Made by a program: the position numbers and the translations under genes. The notes beneath the pieces were generated by a model, which did not search any database, was not told the DNA's origin, and saw only the letters and a list, made by a program, of their open reading frames with translations. From positions 232,810,001-232,874,000 of the forward strand of contig OZ024740.1 of assembly GCA_964016885.1 (NCBI GenBank): a DNA stretch of 64,000 bases, given 5' to 3'. Each line of letters opens with the position of its first letter. Position 1 is the stretch's first letter. This document shows, piece by piece, positions 14,940-29,918 of the stretch. This DNA is from Eledone cirrhosa (taxonomy: Eukaryota).

Positions 14940-15400
14940 ACGTTCCATCTTCAAGGAGAGCATGTCTATGGTGTTGAAAGAAATATTTTAGTTCATCCAG
15001 CTTCATCAGATTCGTAGCAACCACGAATTAGACATTATCATAAATATTATTGTCTATTTTGGGCCATAGATGATAAATTAACCAGAGAACTTCATTATTA
15101 CCCGAAGAAATTCTTGGAGTAATTACAATTCGTCTCAATATTTATATTATTAAAGCACTAAATCAAACCCAATTCAGAAAGAATTCCATAACCAGCACCT
15201 GATAGCCACAACAATAACAATATCTGCTCTAAGATTTATGTACATATCAACGTATATTTATATATATTAATTACAATTCAAATACAGTAAAACAACTAGG
15301 TACACAGTTCTCCTGTGTCCTAAATTAAACACGGTACTTTTTACATTTAAACGTTTCCCACCCACTTTTCAAAATTAGGGGGGACATCGAATGTGGTTTA
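14940..15400 (+). other. Probable 5' UTR part of the first coding exon
   Basis: Strong acceptor ttctcttcctatctttttactttcAG ending 14939, followed by repeat-free sequence up to the ATG. Implies an upstream non-coding exon that I could not locate. Confidence 0.55.
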
Positions 15401-16262
15401 ATGGCCACCGCAGAATCTTGGCACAGTCCGCCCTATTTAAATATTAAACAAGAAGTATTAGATAAGACCCCCAGCTGTATAAGGGGTTCCTATTCGTATT
15501 TTGATCCTACTGTGGGCTCTATTGACGGGTCCGCTGCTGCAGCCGCTGCAGCAGCATCATCACCCGTATACCAGTTGACCCCGCGGGGTATGCAGCCAGG
15601 CTTATCTGTCAACTTTCACCAGGACAACAATCAAATCTTCCGCTCGGAAGAAGTCGAGGTACTTTTAAACCAGCTCGACAACGTAAATACGTCACAGGGT
15701 GGCGCTTCGCATCAATCGAATAGCATCTCAAATAACGGCACCATTGCTACCTCAACAAGCCCTCCAATTATCAACCAAAAACTGTCACAGCAAACAAACT
15801 CAATGTTTCAAAACCACGTGTCAGCAATGCCTATGACAAGCCCTTCGGGAGTTACTCCATACGAGAGTCCAGCAAACTCGTACCTTCATCCGGCCAATAG
15901 CAGTCCTGTATACGTTCCAACTACCCGTGCAGTCCTTCCAATGCAATATGTCGGAAACGGTACGGGTCAAAACACAACTGGGTCTCCCAGTTCAGGAACA
16001 ATGTGGTCGATGCCAAATTCAGAAACACCATACAGTACTACCAACTCAGCTTCACATCATCCCGTTTCTTCCAGATTTGCATTCACACCGGCTCCTAGTT
16101 CTCCGATAACCAGTCCATCAGTGGTTCGAACGGACAGTAGTTTTAGTACACCACTGCATAGACCTAGTGGCCTTAGTTCTTATCCTTCTTATATGAGTCA
16201 GGATATTTCTCCATGGAACGGCTACAACAATATTTCACTACAGTCAGGAATGAGATGTTCTG
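15401..16262 (+). CDS. GATA4/5/6: GATA4/5/6-class transcription factor, first coding exon (N-terminal activation region)
   Basis: Long non-repetitive Ser/Pro/Gln-rich ORF with a poly-Ala tract and the GATA456 motif SSPVYVPTTR (15899-15928). Ends at donor TG|GTAAG (16262|16263), phase 1. Confidence 0.92.
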
Positions 16263-17833
16263 GTAAGATATATCCAGTTTTTTTTTTATTTAAAAGTAAT
16301 ATTTATGGTTGTTCTGATCATTTTCTGAACACTTACATGTCCTGTTATAAAAGTTTTTATAGTTTCCATGTATTGTTTTAATCATAAGAATGTGGTATGA
16401 ATATATTTGAAAATATTCCCGGAATAATTGATCCCTCAGGATAGTTTCGCGTATTATTTAGTATTTACAACTGATTGAATTTTAGAATCTATTGATTACT
16501 CCAAAGACCAAATTCTTTTGTGTTTCATTTCCTAGAAAATATTTATTGCAAGCAAATAAATATACAAATAATTATGTATGCAAATGACGTTCTACTTTTC
16601 GCAGTTACAGCAATCCCATGTGTTACCTAGATTGGCAGGATTATTTTGAAAACTTCAACATCTTTTCGAGTTTGTTGGCTTGACGTTGGGTCCCTGCTAC
16701 CTAAAATGATGTCCTCTATATTATTCGTGCAACTCTGACTAAACTTCCTGTTAAATAGTGGGGAATAAGTATATTCTGAGGTGCGTTTTAAAGCAAAGCT
16801 AATTTCCTTCTAAACGTACTATTCTGTCACGCTTTTTGTAGTGGACTGTAGCTCTATCGACCGATATAGCTACCACACCAAATGGTATTGTAGGTATAAC
16901 ATCCACACTACTAAGTTAATGTCGTTGTTTTGTGAGATGTTTTATAAATTAGCAGATCGTTTGGGAAATTAGTCAAAAATGGAAGAAATTGGTAATGAAT
17001 AATGTATATATAAGGATTGTCTATGGCTTGATTTTCATTTACTTTGTTAATAATTTAATGTGATATTCAATAGAAGTCTAACTTTAAAATATAAACGAAA
17101 ATAGAATTGTAGTTCACAGTCCTTAAAATTGATGGAATATGCTACTGTGCTATCATACTACTACCATAACCCAAGCCAAAAGCGTAACTATGAGAGGAAG
17201 TTTATTTCAGGCGGCGTATTTGATCGACTGCATCGTGGACGGAAAATATGCAGACGTCTGGGGACATTTTAATTAGAGTGTAGACCTAATCCTTCGCCCA
17301 GATAAACACCTCCACTTGTTGGCTTTTAGGGTGAGAGAGGTGATGTGTGTGTGTGTGTGTTGTTAGTGGAGTGCATTGTTGCAAATATCTGTAGCATTTC
17401 ACCTGCTTGAGAACAACTTGATTTGTTGATACAACGCATCGTAATGCACTAATCTGTGAAATGCAGCTGCTTCCTTTTTCTTCTCACCAGTCTCAAGCCC
17501 TGCAAGAATAGATATGTCCCACCCTCTTGTCACTAAGCCATAAAACATTGTAACGCATAAGCCCCTTCTTAAACGTAATTGCACCACCTAATAGTCCAAT
17601 CTTTTACAACAAATTGTATGAGGAAGGGCAACAAATCATATGTCAACATGGACAATGAACGTACAACTATGTTCATTATGATGATAGGTATGCATGTATA
17701 TCTGTCTATGTATGTACAAACCAATAGCCCTCCTTTCACTTTGTCTGGTTGTCACTCTGCTTAACTATATCCTGCCACCTCCATTCTCTCTCCTTTGCAT
17801 CTGTATACATACAAAGTGAGAGAGAAAGAAAGA

Positions 17834-18520
<687 letters not shown>

Positions 18521-19746
18521 AGATAGGTAGATAGCTATATATCTAGCTATCTAGCTAGCTATCAGTGTGTATTTGTTCCAACAGAAAACAAAAGAATGTT
18601 CTACGATAGTAACAAGGAGTTTATTGTGTAGACAATTAGTCAGTGCCTAAAGGATTCATTATGTTATAACTGCCTTATACTTGTGCATGTATTTATGTAT
18701 GTATGTATGTATGTATGTATGTATGTATTTATGTGTATTAACGTATATATATATATATATATATATACATATATACATATATACATACATATATATATAT
18801 ACATATATATATATATATTTCAAAGACCATGGTTCCCGATTTTAGCTCCCTCTCTAGAGTTAAAATAAAATTAAATATAAAGATATATTTAAAAATAAAA
18901 TGAATAAAGGGTGTGCGTAGAATTACATGATAGGGTTAGTTAAGTACATTCCAGAATAATAAATTTTCCCTTGATATCTAGAAGCTCACTTTCATTTGCA
19001 AAAGAGAGAAAAAGTGAAAATGGAGAGGGAGAATATATTTGTATGTGTATGATTGTGTAAGTGTGTACTTGGTCAATGGTTGATTAGCTAGTTTACATTA
19101 TTCTCTATGAACATAATCAAAATACAAGACAAAGATTGGGCACGAAAGCTTTCTATTGGAGCCGGAATCCAATATGGGCAATATAGCGTAGGACACGGAT
19201 TTCAAGGGAGATCAACCATGATAGGAAACATTTGGTTTGGTTTTAGATTCATCACAACATTAGACTGTTGAGAATTAAGATTCTTTTTCTCTGATGTTGT
19301 ATACCAACGACCATCCAATCCAATTACCACCACGACTACAACCATCACCAACACCATAACCAGAACCAGCATCACCACAAATAACAATGACAACAACAAA
19401 AGTAACGACCATTCCTTATCACTACAAACTACGATAACCACACCGTTACCAATAGCATCAACATCACTATCAATCATTGCCGCCCATCCACACACTACCA
19501 TAAACAACGAAACCAATAACAAACCAACAGTTAACTCTTGTGGTAGTGGTGGTGGTGATACTGCTGCTGCTGTTGCTACTACTACTACTACTACTATTAC
19601 TACTACTACTACTACTTTTATTTTCTCTATTCTCTGTTCCATTTGGATCATTTCAGGAGCTTAATAGCAAATGGTGTGTGTGTATCTGTGTCTGTATCTG
19701 TATGTGTCTGCAGACGCACACTCACAACAAACTACTACGACTAATA

Positions 19747-19930
19747 ATTGTTTCTACTTTAGGCACAAGGCCAGCAATTACCCAGACATTACAGGTACTT
19801 TATTTTATCGACCCCATAAGGATGAAAGGCAAAGTTAACCTCGTCGGGATTTGAACTGAGATTGTAAAGGGACGTAAATATGCTAGAAAGCATGGCGTCC
19901 AACCCTCTACCGATACTGCCAATTCACCAC
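19747..19930 (-). mobile_element. SINE copy
   Basis: Reverse complement of the family consensus. Confidence 0.9.
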
Positions 19931-20525
19931 GACTAATAACATTCTTATATTTGACTAAATAATAGATTTTGCCATACATTTACAACTCTTGCGTAGGCTC
20001 ACAACGCACACCACAAAACAAAAGCTGTATAAGAATCTATTAGTAGACAGCACACCATTACTATATAGGATTAGCCAAGAATTTTGACGAATAATTGCGG
20101 ACACATTGTTCAGAGAACAAACTCAGACAGTCCACCTGTAAAGTCCCCTGCCAAATTTACAGTCCTCGTCGGAGTAAGGTACGGCGTGGCCAAATCTGGC
20201 CAGACATATCTCCCAACGTAGACAGCCCGTCTAACACATACTAGCACGGAACAATGGACGCTAAACGTTCAAGATGATAGACTTTGAAGACATCACTGAT
20301 GCATAAATATAACGATGTTATATTGATGGTAAAATAAATATAAATCACATTTGCCTACTACTGAAGATAACAAATGAAAGTGTGGAAACGCTGCTTATTG
20401 TTCCGGACGATAAGTGTTTTATATAAAAATATAAAAATTCGACAAAAAACTTTAAATATATCTAGAATATTGTCAAGGATTTAATATTTAATAACTTTTC
20501 AAGGATGAGCTGTCACTCTTCCCCG

Positions 20526-21265
<740 letters not shown>

Positions 21266-21979
21266 ATAGGATGGATGTATATATATAATTCAAAATAAAA
21301 GAAAATATATGTATATAGCCATATATCATTTGCGAAAGACATAGTATTTTGTACATATATATAAAAAGTATATAATATTTAGGAAACCTTATATACTTAA
21401 GAAGGAAAACTTATATTCATTACTGTAGCGTTTCTTAGTCTCTAGATCCTTATAGAAAATCGATCTAAGCAATCGATTACCGATTACCAACTATCGATTT
21501 TGATATATCTCAAGAAAACGTGGAACGAACCGTCAGAGGAAAACGACCTGTTATAATTTACAATAAAATACGAAACACCTTTATATATGTCGTGTTTCTA
21601 GAAGCAGGCAATCCATACACGTAGTGTGAATTAATTTGTAATAGTGACAGCAGATATGAATAAGACTGAACGTCGCGTATGGTATGAAGTAATGCAATGT
21701 ACCTGTCACAGACAGCTCAATGAATTAATAATTTTGAGCAGATATATACTAATTTAAAGTATCATAACATATATAATATGCATGTTGAATATGTTTCTCA
21801 GTAAAAAAAAATGCTCAATGGACGCTTGTCCACAGCATCAATAATTCAAAATTTAAAATTAAAAAATATTTGTATGTATATATATATATATACATACATA
21901 TATATATAAATGTGTGTGTGTATATAACATATATATATGTGTGTGTTTGTGTGTGTATATATGTATATATATATATACA

Positions 21980-22172
21980 TATTTCGTTTCTGAATTTGTT
22001 TAGCAAGATTCTTTATCTGAAATCGTGTGTTGAAACCGATATTGTTATACTTTGGGAGGGTCATGTTGCCAATAAGAAACACACGCACCAGTTGCTTTCA
22101 CTCTCACAAGTGAAAGCAACTGGTGCGTGTGTTTCTTATTGGCAACATGACCCTCCCAAAGTATAACAATAT
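21980..22172 (-). mobile_element. Fold-back element with a perfect 64-bp hairpin; decayed relative at 905-1000
   Basis: 22039-22102 is the exact reverse complement of 22109-22172 with a 6-nt loop; one-sided tail; TA flanks. Confidence 0.85.
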
Positions 22173-22679
22173 ATATACATATATATATGTATATATACAT
22201 ATATATGTGTGCATTTGTGTGTATGCATATGATATCAAAGAAAATGTGTATGTGACGGTGATAGTCTTTTTAGACTGCTGTATTATAACTTGTGTTAGAC
22301 TATTTAGATATTTGATACATGTGCATCTAATAATTATATGTAAGCCAACAGTGTGTACATCGAAAGTATATAAGCCTATATTTATGTACGCGTACGTTTT
22401 GTACCATCTGATTTCAAATATGCATTCTAGATTTAAAGGAGGGGAAGAAATAAATAAAAAAGAGACAAGAAATTAGCAACGTTATTCAAATCCTGTCAGC
22501 TTACATAACCCTAATTAACTAATGCAATTTACTGGATCGAGTGAGAATTCTCTACGTAAATGAACTTTCGGATTTACCTTTTAGCAAAGGAGCCGTGGAA
22601 TTTTAACTCTCTCTTTGTGTCTCTATGATTCTTGTTTCATTTATATGCTCCAATACGGAGAAAACTGGCTGCTTTCCAC

Positions 22680-22721
<42 letters not shown>

Positions 22722-23067
22722 TTTACGATAATAGCTGCTTTGCGGGGATATCTTTGTTTTATATATAAATCGTATACATAACCTTTGTTTCACAAAGACA
22801 TTCGTAATTAACATATTTTCGGGGTTTCAAAATCAGATGTCCTGTATAAATAAATAGCTTTGTTCTAATTCCATAATCGTAAAATTCTGTATACAGAATA
22901 TTGCATTTTTTAGCAATGAATGCCAAACTTCAATGCATTCAAATATTCATTTATTGCAGAACTATGAATCATTTCAAGATTCAATACATTTTCACTTCTC
23001 ATTTCTTTTCCTTTCTTTCTACCTTTGCATTTCCGATAAATAGCTAATGTTCGAAACGACAAAATCC

Positions 23068-23231
23068 ATTTATTACATCGTGTGAACTATTCTAGTTCCA
23101 TTGTAATGATTTGTTCGCTTACACACACACACACACACACACACATACATACACTCATATATATATGTGTGTGTGTGTAAGAGAACAAATCATTACAATG
23201 GAACTTGAATAGTTCACACCATGTAATAAAT
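23068..23231. repeat. ~55-bp inverted repeat around a CA/TA/TG tract
   Basis: Arms 23068-23125/23175-23231; decayed hammerhead-like CCGATAA..GAAACGAC just upstream (23028-23065). Confidence 0.75.
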
Positions 23232-23253
23232 GTACTGAATCCCGAAATTATCC

Positions 23254-23311
<58 letters not shown>

Positions 23312-23315
<4 letters not shown>

Positions 23316-24614
23316 CGGAAGATGTCAGTCTGTGTCTGTGTGTGTGATTTTTATGCATTTGCACATTTCTCTCCCGATTTTGATGATTTTTTCCAATCTG
23401 CTCCAAATTTACCAACGATGGTCAACGCGTAATAAACTTTGCCAAAAATATCCTGCTTCTATGAAAAAAAATCGATAAAAGTAAATACATGCTGTAACCC
23501 TCTCTCTTACACGCTTATTCACTCTCTCTACTACCCAACAGAGACAAAACTTCGTTTAGGAACGCGACATAAACTTTGAAAACTAAGCAACACATCATTT
23601 TATACAACAAACATAGTCATAACGCTCTCTTCGTCGCTCATCCCTCTCTCTATAATAGATCATTCCCCCTCTCTATAATTTAACTGCTTTACTCTCTTCG
23701 GGCTTTGAGGTTTAACATACCTCCCTATAGTTTCTTAGCTTTACTTTCTCCATTGCTCTTCCCTCTCTCTATAATAGATTATTCCCCCCTCTCTATAATT
23801 TAACTGCTGGGGGAGTCATTGGTGTTCCGTATTGACATACCGCTTTTCTGGGGTATTTTAAATCGGCTTATTGCAAATAACCCGCAAAGTAACACTTCAT
23901 ATAACAGATTAATGCTATAGACATCGGAATGTTTAAATTATTTATTTTTTACGACTTTCATTGGTTAAATATTAATATGACAACACCCATAGTGTTGTAC
24001 TTCTGGCAATTCTGCTGAATACACTGCCAAGGATGAACCTTTTTCCCCTCGGCGTCAGATATCCCGTTCGATTTCCGGCGATCCCAATTCCCGGTGAGAC
24101 CATGTTTTGCCATGTCCATTAACAAGTCACAAGGGAAAATATTGTTGGTGGCGGGGATCCATTTAGGGGAGCCATGCTTTTCTCATGGCCAACTTTATGT
24201 TGCCTGTTCCCGCGTAGAGAGCAGGAATGGACATTTTGCTTACACTCCTCGAGGGATGACACGCAATATCGTCTACAAAGAGGTGCTATAGATGTTGGTG
24301 CATGTGTTGGAGGTGTTGGAGCTATGCCGTCAGGAAAATTATTTCCTGGTAGGGTCACCCATGGCGGACAGATCTGTCACCCAGTGGCATCTGGGCCACC
24401 ATCTTGCAACTTTGGTCTGCTAAATTCGCTATTGGAAGATTATTAACCCATCATTGATTGACCAAAATGCTAATTGGTTCGTAACTTTTAATAACCGGTT
24501 CAACTGTTTTATGCATTTAATTGATAAGCTTATGCGCTTTCAAGCCACGTTTACCTATATGTAACGTTTCATAGCAATTGAAAAATCCCTAGCAACGCCG
24601 GGCTAAACTGCTAG
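23312..24614 (+). mobile_element. Non-autonomous Helitron with a Pif1-helicase C-terminal fragment
   Basis: QFPVRPCFAMSINKSQG..CFSHGQLYVACSRV (~24060-24291); 3' GC hairpin ccctagcaacgccggg then CTAG|T at 24611-24615. Confidence 0.9.
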
Positions 24615-24617
24615 TAT

Positions 24618-24686
<69 letters not shown>

Positions 24687-24697
24687 AATATATATAT

Positions 24698-24985
24698 ATT
24701 AATCGCTCGTTTACATGAAACTGTCTGGCCTATCTGCTGATATGCAAATCTGGCTGATCAGTGGACCTGCTAATATGCAGATCTGACTGATCGGCCAGTC
24801 TGCTAATATGCAAATCAGCCGACCAGTCACTGTATAGTTTAGAAAATAATATATTTTCACAAGCTCTGACAGTTGGCAGGTGAACAGGAACTGCACTGAT
24901 GAAGGGTAATCACCCAGAAACTTTAGTTTGCAGTTCTGTGTACATGCCAACACAAGAGCAAGAATGAGGGACTCATTAAAAGAGG
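24698..24985 (+). mobile_element. Penelope-like terminal repeat with three ~33-bp subrepeats and a hammerhead
   Basis: 3x ctgctaatatgcaaatc-like units followed by the hammerhead at 24887; begins at the edge of a (TA)n tract. Confidence 0.65.
24887..24937 (+). ncRNA. Type I hammerhead ribozyme (intact fold)
   Basis: GAACUGCA-CUGAUGA-A GGGU AAUC ACCC A-GAAAC UUUA GUU/UGCAGUUC: 8-bp stem I, 4-bp stem II, short stem III, GUU cleavage triplet. Confidence 0.85.
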
Positions 24986-25033
24986 CTTGTTTGCATAATT
25001 GCAAACGAATCGAATATTATTTTTAATATTCGA

Positions 25034-25227
25034 AGGGCGGTGGATTGGCAGTATCGGTAGAGGGTCGGACGCCATTCTTTGACGCAATAGAGTTACGGCC
25101 CTTGCAATTCTGAGTTCAAATTCCACCGAGGTTAACTTTGCCGTTTATCCATACGGGTTCGATAAAATAAAGTACCAGTAATACATTGGGATAATTGCTG
25201 GCCTTGTGCCAAAAGTAGAAATAATTA
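25034..25227 (+). mobile_element. SINE copy
   Basis: Full length; TSD ttaatattcgaa. Confidence 0.9.
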
Positions 25228-25292
25228 TTAATATTCGAAAAACTCAGATTACATACATTGTATTCAATCATATAAAGCGATAACTTTTTGTT

Positions 25293-25333
<41 letters not shown>

Positions 25334-25945
25334 TATTTATATATCACTATTTATATTTATACGTATAAAAAAATGTATATATTGGCACATTCGTTGTAGG
25401 CGAAACATTACAGTTTGGAAAAATGATATCTTTTTTATTAAAATGGCTGCTGTTATATTTCTGTTTCGATAAAAGATTGTATGTTCTTGAATGAGTGGTG
25501 TCTAAGTCCTTATACTTCATCCATTTAGCTCCTTAATATTAAAGGTATTGTAACAAGTTTCTTTTCCTTGGTGATGCTGTATGTGTATGTGTTTGTGTAT
25601 GCATATGTATGTATTTCTGAGTGTGTATGTGTTTTCTATTTATCTTCCATTATTTCTTTCGTTGTTTCCGTAGTCATTGAAATCCTTAATATAGGACAAC
25701 TGACCACTGTGTTGTGATGTTTTCACGCCAACTTTACCACTTCAGAATGCTAAGTTGTACTTTAAACAAGTAATCTGTCATCTCTGACAAGCTTTATAAT
25801 GTTCTTTGTTCTAAATGTTCTTCTATAGCCTTTGGTTGGTTGCTAACTCAGACGTTACTATGTACATTGTTTAAAAGTGCGGATGTGTCTATGTGAATGT
25901 ATATACGTGTGTATTTGTCGATGACTATATATATATATATATATA

Positions 25946-25986
<41 letters not shown>

Positions 25987-26060
25987 ATTTATTGATTTAT
26001 TTATATATATATTATTATTATTATTATATATATATAATTATATATATATATTTATATATA

Positions 26061-26112
<52 letters not shown>

Positions 26113-26125
26113 TATATATATATAT

Positions 26126-26484
26126 AATTGTTTCTAATTTTGGCAGAAGGCCAGCAATTAACCAGTACATTACTGGTAATTTATTTTATCGACCCCGTAA
26201 GGATGAAAGGCAAAGTTAACCTCGGCGGGATTTGAACTCAGAATGGCAAGGGCCATAACTCTATGCGTCAAAACATGGCGTCCTACCCTCTACCGATACT
26301 GCCAATCCACATATATATATATATATATATAATATTATATATATATATATATTATGGCCCTTACCATTCTGAGTTCAAATCCCGTCGAGGTTAACTTTGC
26401 CTTTCATCCTTACGGAGTCGATAAAATAAAGTACCAGTAATGTACTGGGTAATTGCTGGCCTTGTGCCTAAAGTAGAAACAATT
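26126..26484. mobile_element. Head-to-head SINE pair (26126-26310 -, 26354-26484 +)
   Basis: Two family copies in opposite orientation ~45 bp apart. Confidence 0.9.
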
Positions 26485-27339
26485 ATTATATATATATATA
26501 CATGATATAAAAATATTATTTAACAAAACACACACACACGCAGATATATATGTGTGTGTGTGCGTGTATATATATATATATATATATGAATGTATATGTG
26601 CGTGCCTGTGTTTGTACATGAATGTATGTGTGTGTGTGTGTGTTCAGTCTCTTTTTTCTCATTCACTTGAATATTAAAGCCTCCCTGCAAACCACAAGGA
26701 AAGGCGTTTTTGATACTGAACGTAGAATAATAGAAACATTGATTAATGTCTTTAATTACTTTTTACACCTTTGATTTGTATGTGGTATTAATTTTATATA
26801 TATAAGCACTGGGTGATGTTGAAATTCTCAAATAAGGGTCTCCCAGGCGCAGAAAACATCTGTAGCAACAGTCGATGGCTATAGATAGTAGCTTAGAAAA
26901 TCGGGAAAAAAGGTAGAGACGAAAAAATTGGCCAGCAGCTGCTACGGATAATCGAATTCTATCTCTCTAATGTAGTGTCAGTGCGTTAACCATGCGCTAA
27001 GGTTACAACTGATCACTCGTTCTGTTTCAGTTCAGCTGCTTTACTAATCACCTCCAGTGTATTTTATTTTATTATCTTCGCTATTATTTATATCGATCGA
27101 CTGTTGTTACAGGCATTTTTCGCAATTGGGACTCCCACATATTTCATATATACATATGTATATATATATCTATATCTATAAAACAAAGGAATAGTGGTAA
27201 GGAACCAGATGGACCATAACGCACCAGAGTACTCAATACTTAGGGTAATAGAGTGGGAATAGGAACAAAATAGGAAAAAGTATGACCTATATATATACAT
27301 ATATATATATTCTCTACCAGATATTTTGTTTTAGTCTCC

Positions 27340-27987
27340 AAAAAATATCTGGTAGAGAATGTTGAGAAGCCAGAGGGGATCACTAATGTAGGCGGGAAGC
27401 CGCTGGAATTGGTTGAGCACTTCCTGTATTTGGGAGCAAAGATTGGGAATACGGAAGATGATGTGATTGAGAGGAAGAGCAAGGCCTGGGCGGCGTGCCA
27501 CAGCTGGAGATCGGTGTGGAAGTCGGACCTTCGTAGAGACCTGAAAATCCGCCTCTTCATTGCTGTAGTGGAGTATGTGCTGCTGTATGGGTCTGAGACT
27601 TGGACACTGACCAAGAAACTCACTCAGATGGTGGATGGGTGCTACACGAGAATGCTGAGGATGGCTCTGAACATTAATGAGTATACACTGAGGATGAAAA
27701 ACTCAGAGCTGTATGGGAGCATCCCAAAAGTCAGCTCAAAAGTGACACAGAGGAGACTGAGGTTAGCTGGACATGCTCACCGACATCCAGAGTTGACATT
27801 GCACTCAGTACTCCTTTGGGAGCCCCTACATGGACACACTAGAAGAGGAAGACCAAGGTTAACGTATGTTGATGCCCTAAGGACAGACACTGGTCTGTTG
27901 GAGATGCAGGACATGGCAGCGATAATGAGGGACAGAGACCGCTGGAGAGAACTCGTCCATGGATCTCGGGAATTTTACCCGCCTTAG
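27340..27987 (+). mobile_element. RTE-clade LINE, 5'-truncated 3' end of the RT ORF
   Basis: VEHFLYLGAKI, LLYGSETW, RRLRLAGH, RRGRPRLTY, DRDRWR; open frame. Confidence 0.9.
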
Positions 27988-28047
<60 letters not shown>

Positions 28048-28228
28048 GGTAGACAGAAATAACAACACAATCGGTACAGTATATGGAAGGAATATATTAT
28101 TTTATTACTTGAAATAGCAGGAAGAGGGTGTTAACGTTTCGGACTCTAGTCCTTCACCAGAAGAAAAAAATGAGAAATTAGACAGATTGAAGGGACGGGT
28201 GGGGTGGAATTGGAAAAAATGTCTTTAG

Positions 28229-28267
<39 letters not shown>

Positions 28268-28384
28268 TATGCATTTCTTTTTATACTTATTTATGATGCT
28301 TGTGCTTTGACAGTTTTTCCAAATCACTGAAAGTAATGTTTTAGTCAGAAGATTAGAGTTATGGCCTTTTACGCCGTATACGTT

Positions 28385-28577
28385 GAGCGTCGGACAATAT
28401 GCTAAGTAGCGTAGTTACGCCCTTTTTCGTTCTGAGTTCCAATCCGGCCGAGGTTAGCTTTGCCTTTCATCCTTACAGGGTCGATAAAATAAAGTACCAG
28501 TGACGCACTGGGGTCGATTTAATCGACTTTTCCCTCCCCCAAAATTGTAGGCCATTTTCCTATAGTAGAAACCATTA
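28385..28577 (+). mobile_element. SINE, older long variant with an extra gtcgatttaatcgac segment
   Basis: Same core; variant also at 34077-34295, 44337-44528, 44606-44716, 62655-62878. Confidence 0.8.
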
Positions 28578-29324
28578 TTATTGTCGACAACGTCCTTATC
28601 AGTGCCTTACAAAGCACAGCTCTGTGAGCTTTGGGTATGAGCTGTGTTGTTTTTGTTGTTTGTGTTGAGAATCATCTTCGGAATATGCGTCCATCCTAGT
28701 AGTGTTATTCTCTCTATGCTGAATATATACATTTACAAATCCTGGAAGTTCGGTTACGGATTTGTTAGTGTGGTTCATATCAGCGTCAGAGCAACTATTA
28801 GCAACTTTTCTGTTTTCATCTTCCACATTCGCGTTATTTCTATCTGTAGATTTTATATTTGGATAATTTCTCCGTTTACTTGGAATCTTCTTCTTCTTCT
28901 TCTTCTTCTTTTTCTTCTTTTTCTTCTTTTTCTTCTTCTTTTCCTCTCCTCTTCATCATCATCCTCAACCTCTTCTTCTTCTTCTTCTTCTTCTTCTTCT
29001 TCTTCTTCATTTAAATATCTCATCAAATACTGTTCTAGAAAGTACAAACGTCTGAAAATCAGAACATCACCAGGAACAATCACTACAGTCTGATGGTGAT
29101 GATGACAGCGTTGATGTTGTTATTGTAGTTTGGTAGAGATCAAAATCTGTAGATCGCCGGATAGCAGCCCCTTCTCCAAGCTGCGTGGCCCTGTGCCAAT
29201 GTTAGAAATAAATATGTTGATGATGATGATAGTGATGTATTGGGAGACGTTTCAACATATCACTGTGTTTCATGTACTTTACTTCATTTGTGTTTAGATC
29301 ATACTCCCTCACCCCCCCCCCCCC

Positions 29325-29371
<47 letters not shown>

Positions 29372-29918
29372 CTTCTCTCTCTCTCATACACATATACATA
29401 CATATACACACTCATACACATTCGAACAACCTCGCTAGGTGTTTCGTAGCTTCAAGTTATACAATTGTCAATTTGCCTAGACAGATACAACCCGACAGAA
29501 TGAAAATGGCAAAGTGGGTGGTGACGGTGATGATGCTGCTGGTGGTGGTGGTGGTGGTGAGCATATTTATGGGTTGTTTATGTAGGGTGTGATGGCACAG
29601 ATACACACCTGCCACTCGCTGTGTTAGTGCACCTGACAGCGCAAGGTGCACATGTCAGTAAAGAATCGTGACACATATCTCACCTAGTATCCCGCAAAGT
29701 TAGATATGTGCCAGTAGACATATATAATGTAAGAGTCGAAATATTTGTTCTCTATTCTCTATTATATTGGCACTTAGCCATGAATAATTGCCTACGGAAT
29801 CCTACCTGAGCGAATTTGGTCTTTTCAACCTACTGGGAATAGGTAGTGATCCCGGTATGAACTAGCTTCAATTGACCACCATCTTACCTATATATCTGTA
29901 ATATTGTGTCAATGTTTA

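Noticed and set aside
16263-16381. C-terminal 39 aa of the 326-aa ORF
   Set aside because: Read-through into the intron past the GTAAG donor.
24094-24291. Host PIF1 helicase gene
   Set aside because: Isolated fragment within Helitron termini.
28853-29083. Acidic/basic protein ORF
   Set aside because: (TCT)n repeat translation.
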